From assembly GCF_009914755.1 (NCBI RefSeq), contig NC_060925.1: a DNA stretch of 64,000 bases; one strand, 5' to 3'. The translations under genes and the position numbers were made by a program. Of the stretch, positions 44,000 to 56,492 are shown piece after piece; positions within the stretch are counted from its first letter, which is position 1; every line of letters begins with the position of its first letter. The notes beneath the pieces were generated by a model. That model ran no database searches. It had not been told where the DNA came from and saw only the letters and a list, made by a program, of their open reading frames with translations. Origin of the DNA: the human T2T-CHM13v2.0 reference genome, Homo sapiens.

Positions 44000-44676
44000 T
44001 AAGCACAGCTATGAGGTGGTCAGTGGTAAGGCTGGGTAGGTGGAGAAGCAGTACCATTGAAAAAGAGCTCGTGCCCTGGTCCTCACATATTAGGACATGC
44101 TCTTCTTGTTGTTCTTCCCCATGGGGAGTATGCTCTGCAGGACCAAGAACACGTTTCCATCTGGAACCCATTGTCCTACCTTCCAGGTCATGCTCTGGGT
44201 CCCGGTGTCCCCAGAATTCCTTCCACTATGGCCCTGCATCTGCCTCTGTGTCTTGGGCAGCCTCTTCCCTGGGTTCATCCTCCAAGGTCAGGACATTCCA
44301 CCAACATGTATTCGTAGACATGGTGAGTAGCCAAGGGGTGGCTGTTGGTGAAGGGTTGGAATGGAGTTTGAAGGGAGTTGGCATGATCCCTCATGATATG
44401 AAACAGGCCAGGGATAAAGAGAGAAGGGGATCAGGTGCCGATCAGGGACTTAGGACTTGGTACATGAACATAGAGGGCCTGGGTACCAGCTTTCCTCATG
44501 TAGAAATGTTCTGGCCTGAAACTCTGAGAAGTCTGATAATTCTAAATTTGGGTCTGGATTTCTAAGGCAGGAGAATATAACATATTTTATTTCTCAGTTT
44601 GTTAATGTGACTTATAACACATTTTATGCGGGCCTTAATTTCATTCTTGGCCCTAGTATTCTTTAAGGTGAACCCA
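44000..44676. mobile_element. Ancient hAT-Tip100-like non-autonomous DNA transposon (tentative)
   Basis: aattctaaatttg...acatattttattt...gggccttaatttcattcttggccc terminal block similar to 16850-17000. Confidence 0.35.
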
Positions 44677-45211
44677 TGAAACTGTGTCCGTATGGTAAGG
44701 AAAATTACATGCCAGACTTTAGGCAAAAGTACAGTTAAGCATTAATCAGGTAGCCTTCTGGCCTATGTCCCTATAGCTATTCTAGCATTAGATACTGACC
44801 ATTTGCTTCCCCATCATTTCTATAGATAGAATCTCTAACGTTAAAATCATAAGACTGTTTTGCTTAAAAATTAATTAAGATGTTTTTCAGATCCTGAGTA
44901 CCAGCAAAATGGCTGATGCCAGCTAGTCTGAAGACCCCAAAACTAAGTCAACACAAAAATACAGTTTCTTCATCTCCCTGTCCCCTGATTTCACCTTTTA
45001 CTCTTTCATTAATCCATGACCCCAGGTCCACAACCCATCCTAAACCCCTTAAGATCCCTATCCCCAAACTCCTTGGGAAGACAGATGTGAGATTTCCTCT
45101 TACCTCCTTGTTTGAATCCCTGATGATTAAACTTCTTTCTCTGCTACAATTCTTTGTGTCTCCATGTATTGACTTGCCACATATTGGGCAATGGAGCCTG
45201 GCACGATTACA
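44677..45211 (+). mobile_element. ERV1 MER4-group solo LTR (LTR45/LTR26-like)
   Basis: TGAAAC...attaaacttctttctctgct...TTACA; flanks CCCA / CCTG. Confidence 0.75.
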
Positions 45212-45393
45212 CCTGGAGCGGATGGCCTTACGTGGAGCATGGGCCCTACCTGGGGCAGTGAACATCTCTGAAGACATTTCCTTCGGGTGGTGAGTCAGGT
45301 ATACAAGGATCCCCTTCTAAAGTGTGGAGCTTGGCATTGAGCAAGCAAAGCTGGAAGAAGGGAAGCCAGTCAAGGAGCTGTTGAAATAATTTA

Positions 45394-45871
45394 TGTAGAT
45401 GTCTGTCCCACAGACCCTGACCCAATGATGAATCAATACAGTACACTGACACAGATATTCTGCTTAGCCAGTTTGGCTGAGTGTCTGGGCCACTTACAGA
45501 CTCCCAGAAGAGTGCTGTAAACAGTTGCGACCAAGGCCTCGGCTAGCCAGCAAGACTAGCATTTATTCAGTAAAGATTAATTGACAAAGGCTTGAGTCAA
45601 CACCACTAGAGTGTAACTGACATTGCAGACTTCCCAAATAGAAAGTAATTAATCACCTGTGATAAATCAAAGGTTAGTCTTAGGACCATATGAGTAAACA
45701 AGCTAGCTAGATAAACTCCCCACATTCCTTCATTTCTACTCTAATTTAACTAAGGGGACAAAGCTGCCTTCAGGCAAGTACTATATGTAATAACCCCCAG
45801 GCCTTCCAATAGGGTTTGTGTATATTTTCTATAACTAAAATTTTTCCCACCAGCCTGACTGAACCCCCACA
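45394..45871 (-). mobile_element. LTR22 solo LTR (HERV-K HML-5)
   Basis: Minus strand starts TGTGGGGGTTCAGTCAGGCTGGTGGGAAAAATTTTAG; AATTTA on both flanks. Confidence 0.88.
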
Positions 45872-46104
45872 AATTTACACCGAAGATGACAAAGGCTTAG
45901 ACTGAGATGGTGACAGTGGGAATGGAGAGTCAGAATCTGCAGGCTATTTAGGAGTGGTAGAGAAGGTGCTTCCTCTATCCCATAGGTAGGCACCAAGGGC
46001 TAAGCTTGCAGACCATAGCCACAAGTTGCTGGTGGGTGTCTTTCTCAAGGCCTGCATTTCAGACACAGTGGTTCCTATGCAGAACCATTTGCTCCAACAC
46101 CTAT

Positions 46105-47088
46105 CTGTTTTAGTTTCCCAGGGTTGCTGTAGGAATTTAGTGATTCTCACTAAATTCTCATGATTTTAATGACTTAAAGCAACATAAACTTATTATCTTG
46201 TATTTCTGGAGGTCAGAAGTCTCACATAGTGCTGAGCTAACATCAAGGTGTTGGCAAAGCTACATTCCTTTCTAGGTTCTATGGGAAAATCATTTTTTTG
46301 CCTTTTCCAGCTCCTAGAAGCTTCTCATATTTCTTTTGTTTTGTTTAGTTTTGTTTTGTTTTGTTTGAGAAACGGTCTCACTCTGTCACCCAGGCTGATG
46401 TGTGGTGGTGTTATCCTGACTCATTACAACTTTGACCTCCTTGGGCTCAAGTGATCCTTCTGCCTCAACCTCCCAAGTAGGTGGGGCTTCAGGTGTGCAC
46501 CACCATGCCCAGTTAACTTTTCATTTATTTTTGTAGAGATGAGGTCTTGCCATGTTGCCCAGGCTGGTCTCAAACTCCTGGGCTCAAGCAATCTTCCTGC
46601 CTCAACCACCCAAGTAGCTGGGATTACATGTGTGAGCAACCATGCCTGGCTAAGTTTTGTATTTTTTGGTAGACAGGTTTCTCCATGTTGCCCAGGCTGG
46701 TCCTCAACTCCTGAAGTAAAGTGATCCACCTGTCTCGGCTTCCGAAACTGTTGGGATTAGAGGCGTGAACCACCTCTCTCAGCTCTTCTCACATTCTTGA
46801 GCCATGATCCCCTTTTGCCATCTTCCCAGCCAGCAATGGTAAATTGAGTCTTTCTCATAGCATATCACTCCAACCTGTTCTGCCTCCTTTTTCCAGTTAT
46901 AGGGACCCTTATCATTATGTTTGCCTCATCTGGATAAACTATAATAAATCTATGTTAAGGCCAGCTGATTAGCAAAGTTAATTGCATCAGCAACCTTAAT
47001 TCCTCTTTGCCATGTACTGTGAATATATTCCCAGGTTCTGGGAATTAGGACGTGTACAGTTTTTAAGGCCATTACTCTGTCTACCACA
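46105..47088 (-). mobile_element. MLT1 (MLT1C/D-like) LTR split by a trimeric Alu
   Basis: ttctggaggtcagaagtc...ccttttccagctcctag...gccattactctgtctaccaca. Confidence 0.8.
46333..46784 (-). mobile_element. Three-monomer AluJ-type element
   Basis: Three successive Alu monomers; flanks cttctca(t/c)att. Confidence 0.85.
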
Positions 47089-48467
47089 CCTTCTTATAAC
47101 TTGTTTTCTGCCAATTTAGGTTCCATTCCTGGAGACACTTATTATGAGTGATTTGGTTAAGCTACTTAGGCAAGATATTTTGACATTTTATAGAATTTGG
47201 TACAAAATCCGTTTTAATTATGTTTTAGAACTCAGTATAGTGTTACCTGAAAAGCCTCATTTGCTCCAAGTAATTTGAAGCTGTAGAACCCGCGGGACCT
47301 GCTGCCTGCTGAATGCATCCCCAGGGCTTGTCTTCCTGTGGCTGAGTAGACAACACTATTTGCAGGGTGATTTGAAGGCACTTTCTTCCTCCAAATCCTT
47401 GTTCCTAACCCAGGCCATGATTACAGGTCATTTCTATGAGTTAGGTATCTGTCATTCCAAAAGAGAACGCCTGTTAAAATTCAGTCTTCTAAAACTGGTT
47501 ACCTGATTATTTTACATGCAGCACAATGAACGTGGCCCTCATAACCATCGCCTGTAGTCAGAAGGAGGGAAGAGGAAGAGGATGTTTAGACTGTGAGGTG
47601 AGGTGCTCTGAGAGTTGTGGGGTACGATTCTAGAGAGCACAGGGGTGCACCAACACAGGAGGAGGAGGCGAAACTGGGAGCGCCAAAGGCAAACATGGAT
47701 GACCTCGTCGTTCTGGATCCTGCCCCACTGGTAACCAGAGTCTTTGATTCATTAAATCATTTTCTCCTCTAGGCATTCCCTAGGTAAAAAAAGTCAGATG
47801 CACTATTTTTATTGTTTTTTGATGCTTTTCCTACTGGGGAAGGGGAACAAGGATTTAAAATTCTGTCCAAAGAATTCAGCTGGAATCCCATGGAGTATGA
47901 ACTTCATGGTCAGGGGAAGCAGCTAAAGATGATAGGAGCCCACAAGGCAGCCAGCCAGTCACCACACTCTTCTCAGGCCGGGCCCTGACCCCACAGCAGA
48001 GCCTCAGGGAGTAACTCACTGCATCATATGCAATAGTTTATGCAGAGCTTTACCGACAAAGCAATACGTGTGGTAAAAAGGAAAGACATAGAGCCTTGGA
48101 CTTTTAGATGTTCATGAATATTTTCATAGTTTGCTTTGGTTCTGGCCCTGTAATTACTAGGCTGCTGAACAACTGGAGATTTATTGTGGAATTACTAATG
48201 TTTCAAATGTAGTTTCTATTGATTCCCTCCTCCACGTCTTTCTCTCAAACCTAAAAAATAAAATTGAAAAAAATCTATTCAATGTGTTAAGGGGGTTGCC
48301 AATTTAAGTTCACTTGAAACACACAATGGTCAAAAAAACCTTTCATGGTTTCTTCTTATGCTGAAGACAATTTAACCAAATTGTACATACAAAGTATGAT
48401 GCTTTAGAGTACTAGTTAAACAATCAAAGGTCAAATTCATTATTTAATATAACAGTGGTGAAAGCAG

Positions 48468-48502
48468 TAATAAAAGAGTGAAGAAACTTCACTCTTTTAT
48501 TA
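48468..48502. repeat. Perfect 16-bp inverted repeat with 3-nt spacer
   Basis: TAATAAAAGAGTGAAG-AAA-CTTCACTCTTTTATTA. Confidence 0.9.
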
Positions 48503-49006
48503 TTTACTAACTGTCCAATTGATATTTTGAAATTTCAAATGGAATAAATGGTCTTTCGACAAATAAACAATCTGTGTTGAATTTCAATAATTTCAATAAT
48601 TTTCTTTTGCATACCTAAATTAATTTGTTTTACAGATTAGAACCTCCAAAAGTAGCGTTCACTGTTGTTTATACGATGTCATAAAATGTCATAATATTCC
48701 CTGATTTAAGTTACCTGATTTGAGATTGGGCTGTGAGAATGATGTTGCTGTCATAAATAATGCTACAAAAATAAAAGACAAGTATGTAACCTAATCATAG
48801 AAAGTATACCAAAGGGCCCAGCATAGGTACTAAACACATTGCAGATTTGTCTTACTTTTTTCCATCTTTTTTTAACTGTATTTCATTGCCACTGAAATTC
48901 TCTTTGCAAATATTTTAGGATAGAATAATTTAAAATTTTTCTCTTGAAAAATACAGAAGGAAAAACACATTCAGCATGACAGCCTTGTTTTGATTCATTT
49001 AACTCG

Positions 49007-49215
49007 GAGTTTCTCAATGTCCGCATTATTGACGTTTTGAGCCTAGTACTTGCTGTGGGGGACTGTCTCGTTGATTATAGGATGTTTAGTGGCATCCCTA
49101 GCTCCTACTCACTAGATGCTCACTAGCAGCAACCTCCAGGCATGACAATTGAACGTGTCTCCAGATACTACCAAGTGTCCCGTGAGGAACAAAATCAGCC
49201 ACAGCTGAGGACCAT
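49007..49215. mobile_element. MER20 (hAT-Charlie) DNA transposon
   Basis: tttctcaa...aggatgtttagtggcatccct...cactagatgc...tgtctccaga. Confidence 0.8.
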
Positions 49216-49280
49216 TTATTTAACTTTTTCAAATAACTAAAATAAATGGATATTACTGGATATTGAATGATAACAATTGT

Positions 49281-50197
49281 TGAAGTGGCTATGTTGTCTG
49301 GGGTATATACCTTGGGGTTTGTCATTGCACGCCAGGAAAATTGAGGATGCAGACACACATAAGGAGTTTAGGAGCAGACGTTTAACAGGCAGAAGAGAAG
49401 AGAAAGAGAAATAGCTTTCTCTATAGAGAAAGGGGTCTCTGAGAGTAAAGAACCGGTGGGTGATGGATGGGCTGAGTTTTACAGTCAGGTTTGAGGAGGC
49501 AATGTCTGATTTACACAGGGCTTATAGATTGGTTCAATCAGGCCTGATGTTTACATAGGATTGGGAAGGCTGGCGGCCCCACACTAATCATACTATGCAA
49601 ATAGGCTTTCCAGTTGATCCCTGCCATCTTGTCTGCTCTTCTTTACTGTACACGTGGCTCACAAAGAGAAGGGACGATAGAGCGGCCATCTTGAACATGT
49701 CTAGGCCCTAGTTCCTGCCAGCATTCCCCCGTGCAAGCTCCCAGTTTGCTTGTCTTTGACTGCAGCTCAACTTTACAGGCTGCTCCTTGTTAGAAAATGA
49801 TTTGGGGGACAGGCGCGGTGGCTCACGCTTATAATCCCAGCCCTTTGGGAGGCTGAGGCGGGTGGATCACAAGGTCAGGAGTTCAGGACCAGCCTGGCCA
49901 GGATGGTAAAACCCTGTGTCTACTAAAAATACAAAAATTAGCTGGGCATGGTGGCAGGTGCCTGTAGTCCCAGCTGCTTGGGAGGCTGATGCAGAGAACT
50001 GCTTGAACCCGGGAGGTGGAGGCTGCAGTGAGCCGAGATCGTGCCACTTGCACTCCAGCCTGGGTGACAGAACGAGGCTCTGTCTCAAAAAAAAAAAAAA
50101 ATACTTGGGGCTGCTTTTTATTAAAGAGAAAAGCCTCACTGAGTACTCCCATACCCTTACTATCTGCCTAAATGATTTCTTCTTAACTCCTGTATCA
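49281..50197 (-). mobile_element. LTR9-family (HUERS-P3) solo LTR, split by Alu
   Basis: Minus strand TGATACAGGAGTTAAGAAGAAATCATTTAGGCAGATAG...CTTCA; 4-bp TSD TTGT. Confidence 0.85.
49807..50101 (+). mobile_element. AluS element
   Basis: Dimer with poly-A nested in LTR9. Confidence 0.95.
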
Positions 50198-51280
50198 TTG
50201 TTAGGGATACCGAGAGTATGGGGACCAGAATCCTACATATATTTATCCCTTTTTCTTCTGCACTTTTTGCCTGGGAGAACATGCGAACAGGAAATAACTG
50301 CCAAATGAGAAATGAAGTGTCACTTGATCAATATCAGTAAGTTTATCAATCAAGTTTTTTATCTTCTAAGTTGAAAGTTCTGGCTTACGTTTGAAACCAA
50401 GGTGAGGTCTCTTTCTTCCTCACTCACTCCATAATCTAAAATGGCCATTGCCTTACCCTCTTAATTGCAAATTTAGAGGACTTGTATCAGAGTTGGGATA
50501 GGGAGAGGGGCTTTGGCCAGGTCTGCTGAGGCTCTGCTTACTTTAGAAGCACTAGAGGGAATGTGCCTCTCATTAGTCTTTCTAAGGTCCTGTAACTCTG
50601 TGCATAGTAAAGTGCTGCTACGGAATTCCTTAGACACTAGACAAACAGAATAGAAATTCCTTCTCTTGTGGTGAATGTGTTTGAGGTGGGGTGGGGGCGG
50701 GGGTAGCCAATAAAAGGAGTGTAGAGAAAGACAGAAGTACAGGAGTGTACAGATGCCCCCGGAAAGATGGAGGGAGCAGAAGTAATGTTCTCTTCATTGA
50801 TGATGCTGATGACACTGATGTAGAGCAAGGCCACTTATTTTCTCAAGAAAGTACAATTATATTACATGGGCAAGAATTTAAGGGCTTCCCCAGGGTGCAC
50901 AGGACTCCAGGTGTGTCAGCACCATTCTGACAGCTCGATCTCATGCTGTCCCATAAAAGAAATACCGCACCAGTTAGTGGACATGATCTGCTCTCCATGA
51001 TATTCTCAGGGAACTGAAGCTGGCCACAGGGACCAGCATGGCCCCATAGGTACAAGCCCCAAACTTTCTTCTGCCATCTGGTCAATCCTATTGTATGATA
51101 GGGAGTTACAGAGTTCCTCCAAAAGAGAAATTAGAATCTGTCTCCATGCAGGTCTCAGTCCAAGCTTGAGATAGTTCTCCAAGACAGCACTGGAGAACCC
51201 AGCCAGTCCCAAGCACTAAAGGGAGATTTCGAACATTTCAAGGAAAGTACTCTGAAGTGCACGGTCACTTGAAGCACAGG

Positions 51281-51375
51281 GCTCAAGACAGGGAGCTCAA
51301 GACAGGGGGTTCAAGACAGGAAGCTCAAGACAGGAGGCTCAGGACAGGGGGCTCAAGACAGGGGGCTCAAGACAG
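51281..51375. repeat. Minisatellite, ~7 x 14 bp (GCTCAAGACAGGGG)
   Basis: Exact 14-bp periodicity with few substitutions. Confidence 0.92.
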
Positions 51376-52207
51376 CCCACTTGGCTGAGTCCATATGCAA
51401 TAACTCAAGGAGCCAGGGGAGAATCAAGAGCCAGAAGTCTGAAAGTGTTTATCAGAGATTTCAGCTGATGCCTATCACAGGGGAGATACAGTTTGGGAGT
51501 GCTAACATAGAGGGACTTGGTATCACTTTGAATTTACCATTGAACCTAAAAGGACCATGCCTTAACAGTGCAGACGGCATCCAAGGGCTAGGGAATAAAT
51601 CCTAGGACTAGGGGCAGAACTGAAGCTAATTTGCCCGAAGAAAACCTCTGCAAGTTTAAGATGATCCATCAGTAATTTAATTGCCTGCTAAAACAAAACT
51701 CAACACTTTTCATAAGAAAATAAAAGAATCCAGAGTCTCTACAACACGATTCAGAATTTCTATTACACAATAAAAAAATTACTACAAACATAAAGAAAGA
51801 GGAAAATGTGTCCAATGGGCAAAAGAAAAAAAAGACAAAATAAACAGACCCATACATGCCTTAGATTTTGCAATCAGCAGCTAAGGACTTTATGCTAAAT
51901 ATATGTAAAAGTCTACAGGAAAATATTGATAAAGTGAGTGAAAAGCTGAGAATGTCAGGAGATGTTTGAACAGTGACAAAGATAACAAAAATTATAATTG
52001 GAAAACACATCTGAAATCAATAATTCATCGGCAGCTTAAACAAAACAGAGGAAAGGACTAGTGAACTTGAAGGCAGGTCAATAGAATAATTTAAAGTGAA
52101 GCACAGAGAGAGAAAGATTGGGAAAAAATGAATAGAGCATTAGTGACTAGTGGAACAATATTAAGCAGTCTAATTTATGAGTATGGGTAGTCCCAAAAGG
52201 AAACAAG

Positions 52208-52556
52208 GGCTAAACAGAATGTTTATATACCCCCGAAGTTCTTAGGTTGACTCCTAATCTATAATGTGATGGTATTTAGAGATGGAGCCATTTGGAAGTG
52301 ATTAGGTGATTAGGAATGGGACCAGTGCCTTCATAAAAGAGACCCAAAGAGTTCTCTTGCCTCTTCTCCCATGTGAGGTCACAGCAAGAGAATGGTTGTG
52401 TATAAATCAGAAATTGGATCCTCACCAGACACCAAATCTCCTGGCACTTTTGCGTTTGACTTTCAGTCTCTAAGAGAGTGAGAAGTAAGTTTCTGTTGTT
52501 TATAAGCTGCCCAGTCCATGGTACTTTTGTAATAACATCCCAAACAAACTAAGGCA
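52208..52556 (+). mobile_element. MLT1A-like MaLR LTR
   Basis: aatgtgatggtatttagagatgg...cctcaccagacacc...ctgttgtttataagc...ctaaggca. Confidence 0.85.
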
Positions 52557-54506
52557 ATGAGAGAGAGAATAAGACAGAAAAAATATTTCAAGAGTTATTG
52601 GCTAAATGCTTTTCTTTTCTCCAAATTTGGTAGAAATGCTGACCCATAGATTCAGGAATCCTAGATAGAATAAGGACGAAGAGCACCACAGCTAGATTCA
52701 TCATAATCATACTCCTGAAAGCCAAAGATACAAAAGCAAACCTTAAAAGCAACAGAGAAAAAAAGACACATTACCTAAAGAGGAACAGCAATAAGGATGC
52801 AGTTAACTTCTCATGGGAAATAGTGGAAACTTGATGTTACTGGAATGGTATTTTGAAGTGATAGGAAAAATTTTAACCTAGATTTCTATATGTCTGGCAA
52901 AATGACATATTTTCAGATAATCAAAAGCTGAGATAATGTGTCACAAACACACATGCCCTATAAGAAATGCTAAAGCCAAGTTCTTAAAGCTGAAGGGAAA
53001 TGATACCTGATGAAACAATTGAATTTATTGGAAATTGTGAACATGTGGGTAAATATAAAATGTTATTTATATATATTTTTTAAAAATTTAAAAGTTAATT
53101 GGCAATGTAAAGTAAAAATAATACAAATATATTAAAGGTTTACAACACATGTAGAAGAAAGTGTGCTATATTTCACAAATTAGAAGACTCAATAATATTA
53201 AGGTACAAATATTTCATGAATTAATTTATAAATTTGACACTACTCAATCAAAAACTCCGCACGCTTTTTGGTAGAAATTGACAAGCTGATTCTAAAATTT
53301 ATATGGAATCACAAAAAAATTGAGACTAGGCAAAACAATCTTAAAAACAAAAAGTATCATTAAAAGACATTAATTTATTACTATAAGGACATAGACATCA
53401 AGACTTTATAATACTGGTAAAAATAGATAAATTGATCATTTGAAAAGATTTACAGAGCCCAGAAGTACATACATATGTATATATAGTGGTTGTTTTCAAC
53501 CAAGGTTCCCAATCAATTCAATTGTGCTATATCAACTGGATATTCATAGGGCAAAAGAATGAGCCCTACCTCATTCTACACAGAAAGAGAAATCATAGTT
53601 CTACACATAAAAGCTAGAATCATAAAGCTTCTAGAAGGAAACATAGAAAAATATTGTGAGCTTAAAGTACACAAAAAACTCTTAGGACACAAATAACACT
53701 AATCTCAAAAAAATTCTACTTTATTTCTACTTCATGATAAAACAAGGACTTATACTCTTTTTAAAACACTGTTAAGAAAGTTGAAAGGCAAATTAGAGAG
53801 TAGAATAAAATATTCTTAATACAAATATCTAACAAAGGACTCATATGGAGAACATATAAGTGACTCATACACCTCAATAATAAAAAAGGCAAACAACCAA
53901 TATTTTAAAAATAAGCAGAAAACTTGATCAGGCAATTTAAAAAGGATGATATAAAAATATCTAATAAGCATAGGAAAATATGTTCTAACTGTGTTCTAAT
54001 ATGATGTTCTAAACTAACATCATTAGTTTTCAGGAAAATGCAAATTAAAATTATCATGCAAATTAATATTATCATATCACTTTGTAGAAACTAAGATGAC
54101 CAAAATTTAAAAGACTGACAAAACCATATGAACAACTGGAGCAACTGGAAGGCTCCTAGGTTACTAGCAGGAGTATAAAATGTTACAAGCACTTTTTTAA
54201 ATACTTTGGCAAATACTTATAAAGTTAACATACATCTACCCTATGACACATCAATCTGACTCCTTTCCCGAGAGAAATTAATATTATGCCCACAAACATC
54301 TTGTACATGAATAGTCATAGTAATTTTATTCATAATAGCCAAAAAAGGGACAGTGCTCACATGTTCCTCAACAGGATGACGGATAAACAATTATGACATA
54401 GCCATGCAATGAAATGCAAATTAGCAATAAAAAAGAATGCATTACTGATATACACAATGACATAAATCAATCTAAACAATGCACAAAGAAGTCTCACACA
54501 AAAGAC

Positions 54507-55686
54507 TGTAAATGAAAAAGTGTCTGAGGGGAGTCTCAATCCATTAGAGATTTTAGTTTGCCAAAGTTGAAGACATGCCTGGGAAAACCACAAATCACAA
54601 GAGCATCTGTGATCCATGCTTTTTCTAAAGAGGGTTTCAAGAACTTCAGTACGTAAAGGGAAAGGGGCAAGCAGGAGGGGAAAGAGAAAAAAATAAAAGG
54701 AAGGAGGGTTGGGTGTATTAGTGCATTTTGCCTTGCTATGAGGGAATACCTGAGGCTGGGTAATTTATATGGAAAAGAGGTTTATTTGGCCCATGGTTCT
54801 GCAGGCTGTACAAGCATGACACTAGCAGCTGCTTCTGGTAAATCCTCAGGATGCTATTATGGCAGAAGGTGAAGAGAGAGCAGGTATGTCACATGGTGAG
54901 AGAGGGAGTGAGAAAGACACTAGATATTTTACCAATCAGATCTTGTGGTAATTAATAGAGTGAGCACTCCCTTATTACCTTGGGTAGGCCACCAAGCCAT
55001 TCATGAGGGATCTGTCCCCATGACCCAAACCCCTCCCATCTGGCCCCACCTCCAACATTGAGGATCACATTTTAACATGAGACTTGGAGGGGACAAACAT
55101 CCAAACTAAATCAATAGGCAATGAGGCAAGCGGTTACAGTCTTGAGAGGCTTTAATTAACAATCAGTAAATCTATATTTTACTTGTGAAAAGAGGGAGTA
55201 GAGGAAAAAGTCAATTATGCATTCATTTCCTGCTCTGTAAATCTACATTTTACATGAGATAAAGTAAACATGTGATAAGCCGAGATGTGCATTCATCTGT
55301 GGGGAAGGGGCAGAGGGATGATTTCTACTCTAGTCCTTGTTCCATACTGTGAAGATAAGCTGGTAATTGAAATTGTCAGGGTGAGATTTAACAGAACTCT
55401 GTTTCAGGGCTACTTTATAGGGGGATTATGTATTTTGAAAGATCTGGGGGCCCACAAGAAATTTCCTCGTGAGCAATTTGTGAGGGAGACCATCTAGGGA
55501 GATATGCGACCTTATATTGTTGTGAGAATCTGGTTTATATATGTGAGGCTGTGACATATGGTTGTGAAATTACAGCTATCTGTTTGGGAACAAAAGGAAG
55601 GCAGTTTTTGCTTCACTCTGTTTCCAAGCTTAACTTTCCCGTTGGCATGGTAAGTTTGGAGTCCCAAGATTCTATTTTCCTTTGCA
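54507..55686 (-). mobile_element. MER4 (MER4B/D-like) LTR, split by MSTB
   Basis: Minus strand TGCAAAGGAAAATAGAATCTTGGGACTCCAAAC...TTTACA. Confidence 0.8.
54714..55113 (-). mobile_element. MSTB-like MaLR LTR
   Basis: tgtattag...gaatacctgaggctgggtaattt...ggttctgcaggctgtacaagcatg...catccaaactaaatca. Confidence 0.88.
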
Positions 55687-55756
55687 GGAGTATATACTAT
55701 TTTGTTTTATTTCTCTGAAGTTCTAGAACAAACAAAACTAAACTATGGTGACAGAA

Positions 55757-56068
55757 AGACAAATTTCACATGTTCTCATTCATGTGTGGGAGGCAAAAAC
55801 TGAAACAACTGAACTCATGGAAATAGACAGTAGAATGATGATTACCAGAGGCTGGGAAGGGTATTCGGGAGGGAGGAAAAAGTGGGGATGGTTAATGAGT
55901 GCAAAAATATAGTTAGATAGAGTAAATATGACCTAGTATCTGATAGCACAAAAAGGTGACTATAGTCAACAATAATTTATTGTATATTTTCAAATAACAA
56001 AGAGAGTAGAATTGGAATGTTTCTAGCAAAGAAATGATAAATGCTTGACGTGATGGAAAAATTAAAAA
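55757..56068 (+). mobile_element. L1MA 3' fragment
   Basis: gaactcatggaaatagacagtagaatgatgattaccagaggctgggaaggg; flanks acagaaa. Confidence 0.82.
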
Positions 56069-56203
56069 ACAGAAATCAGAATAGTAGTGGCCTCCGTGTG
56101 TGGGAATAGGGGTAGAAATTGACTGTAAAGGGCGATGGACATATTCTATACTTTGTTTTGTATGTGGTTAAATTTGTGTTCATCAAAATGTACACTTAGA
56201 TTT

Positions 56204-56492
<289 letters not shown>

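Noticed and set aside
43978-44565. 195-aa ORF
   Set aside because: GTG start, no recognisable domain, overlaps a probable ancient DNA transposon
51281-51375. CRISPR-like array
   Set aside because: Head-to-tail 14-mers with no unique spacers, no cas genes, primate context
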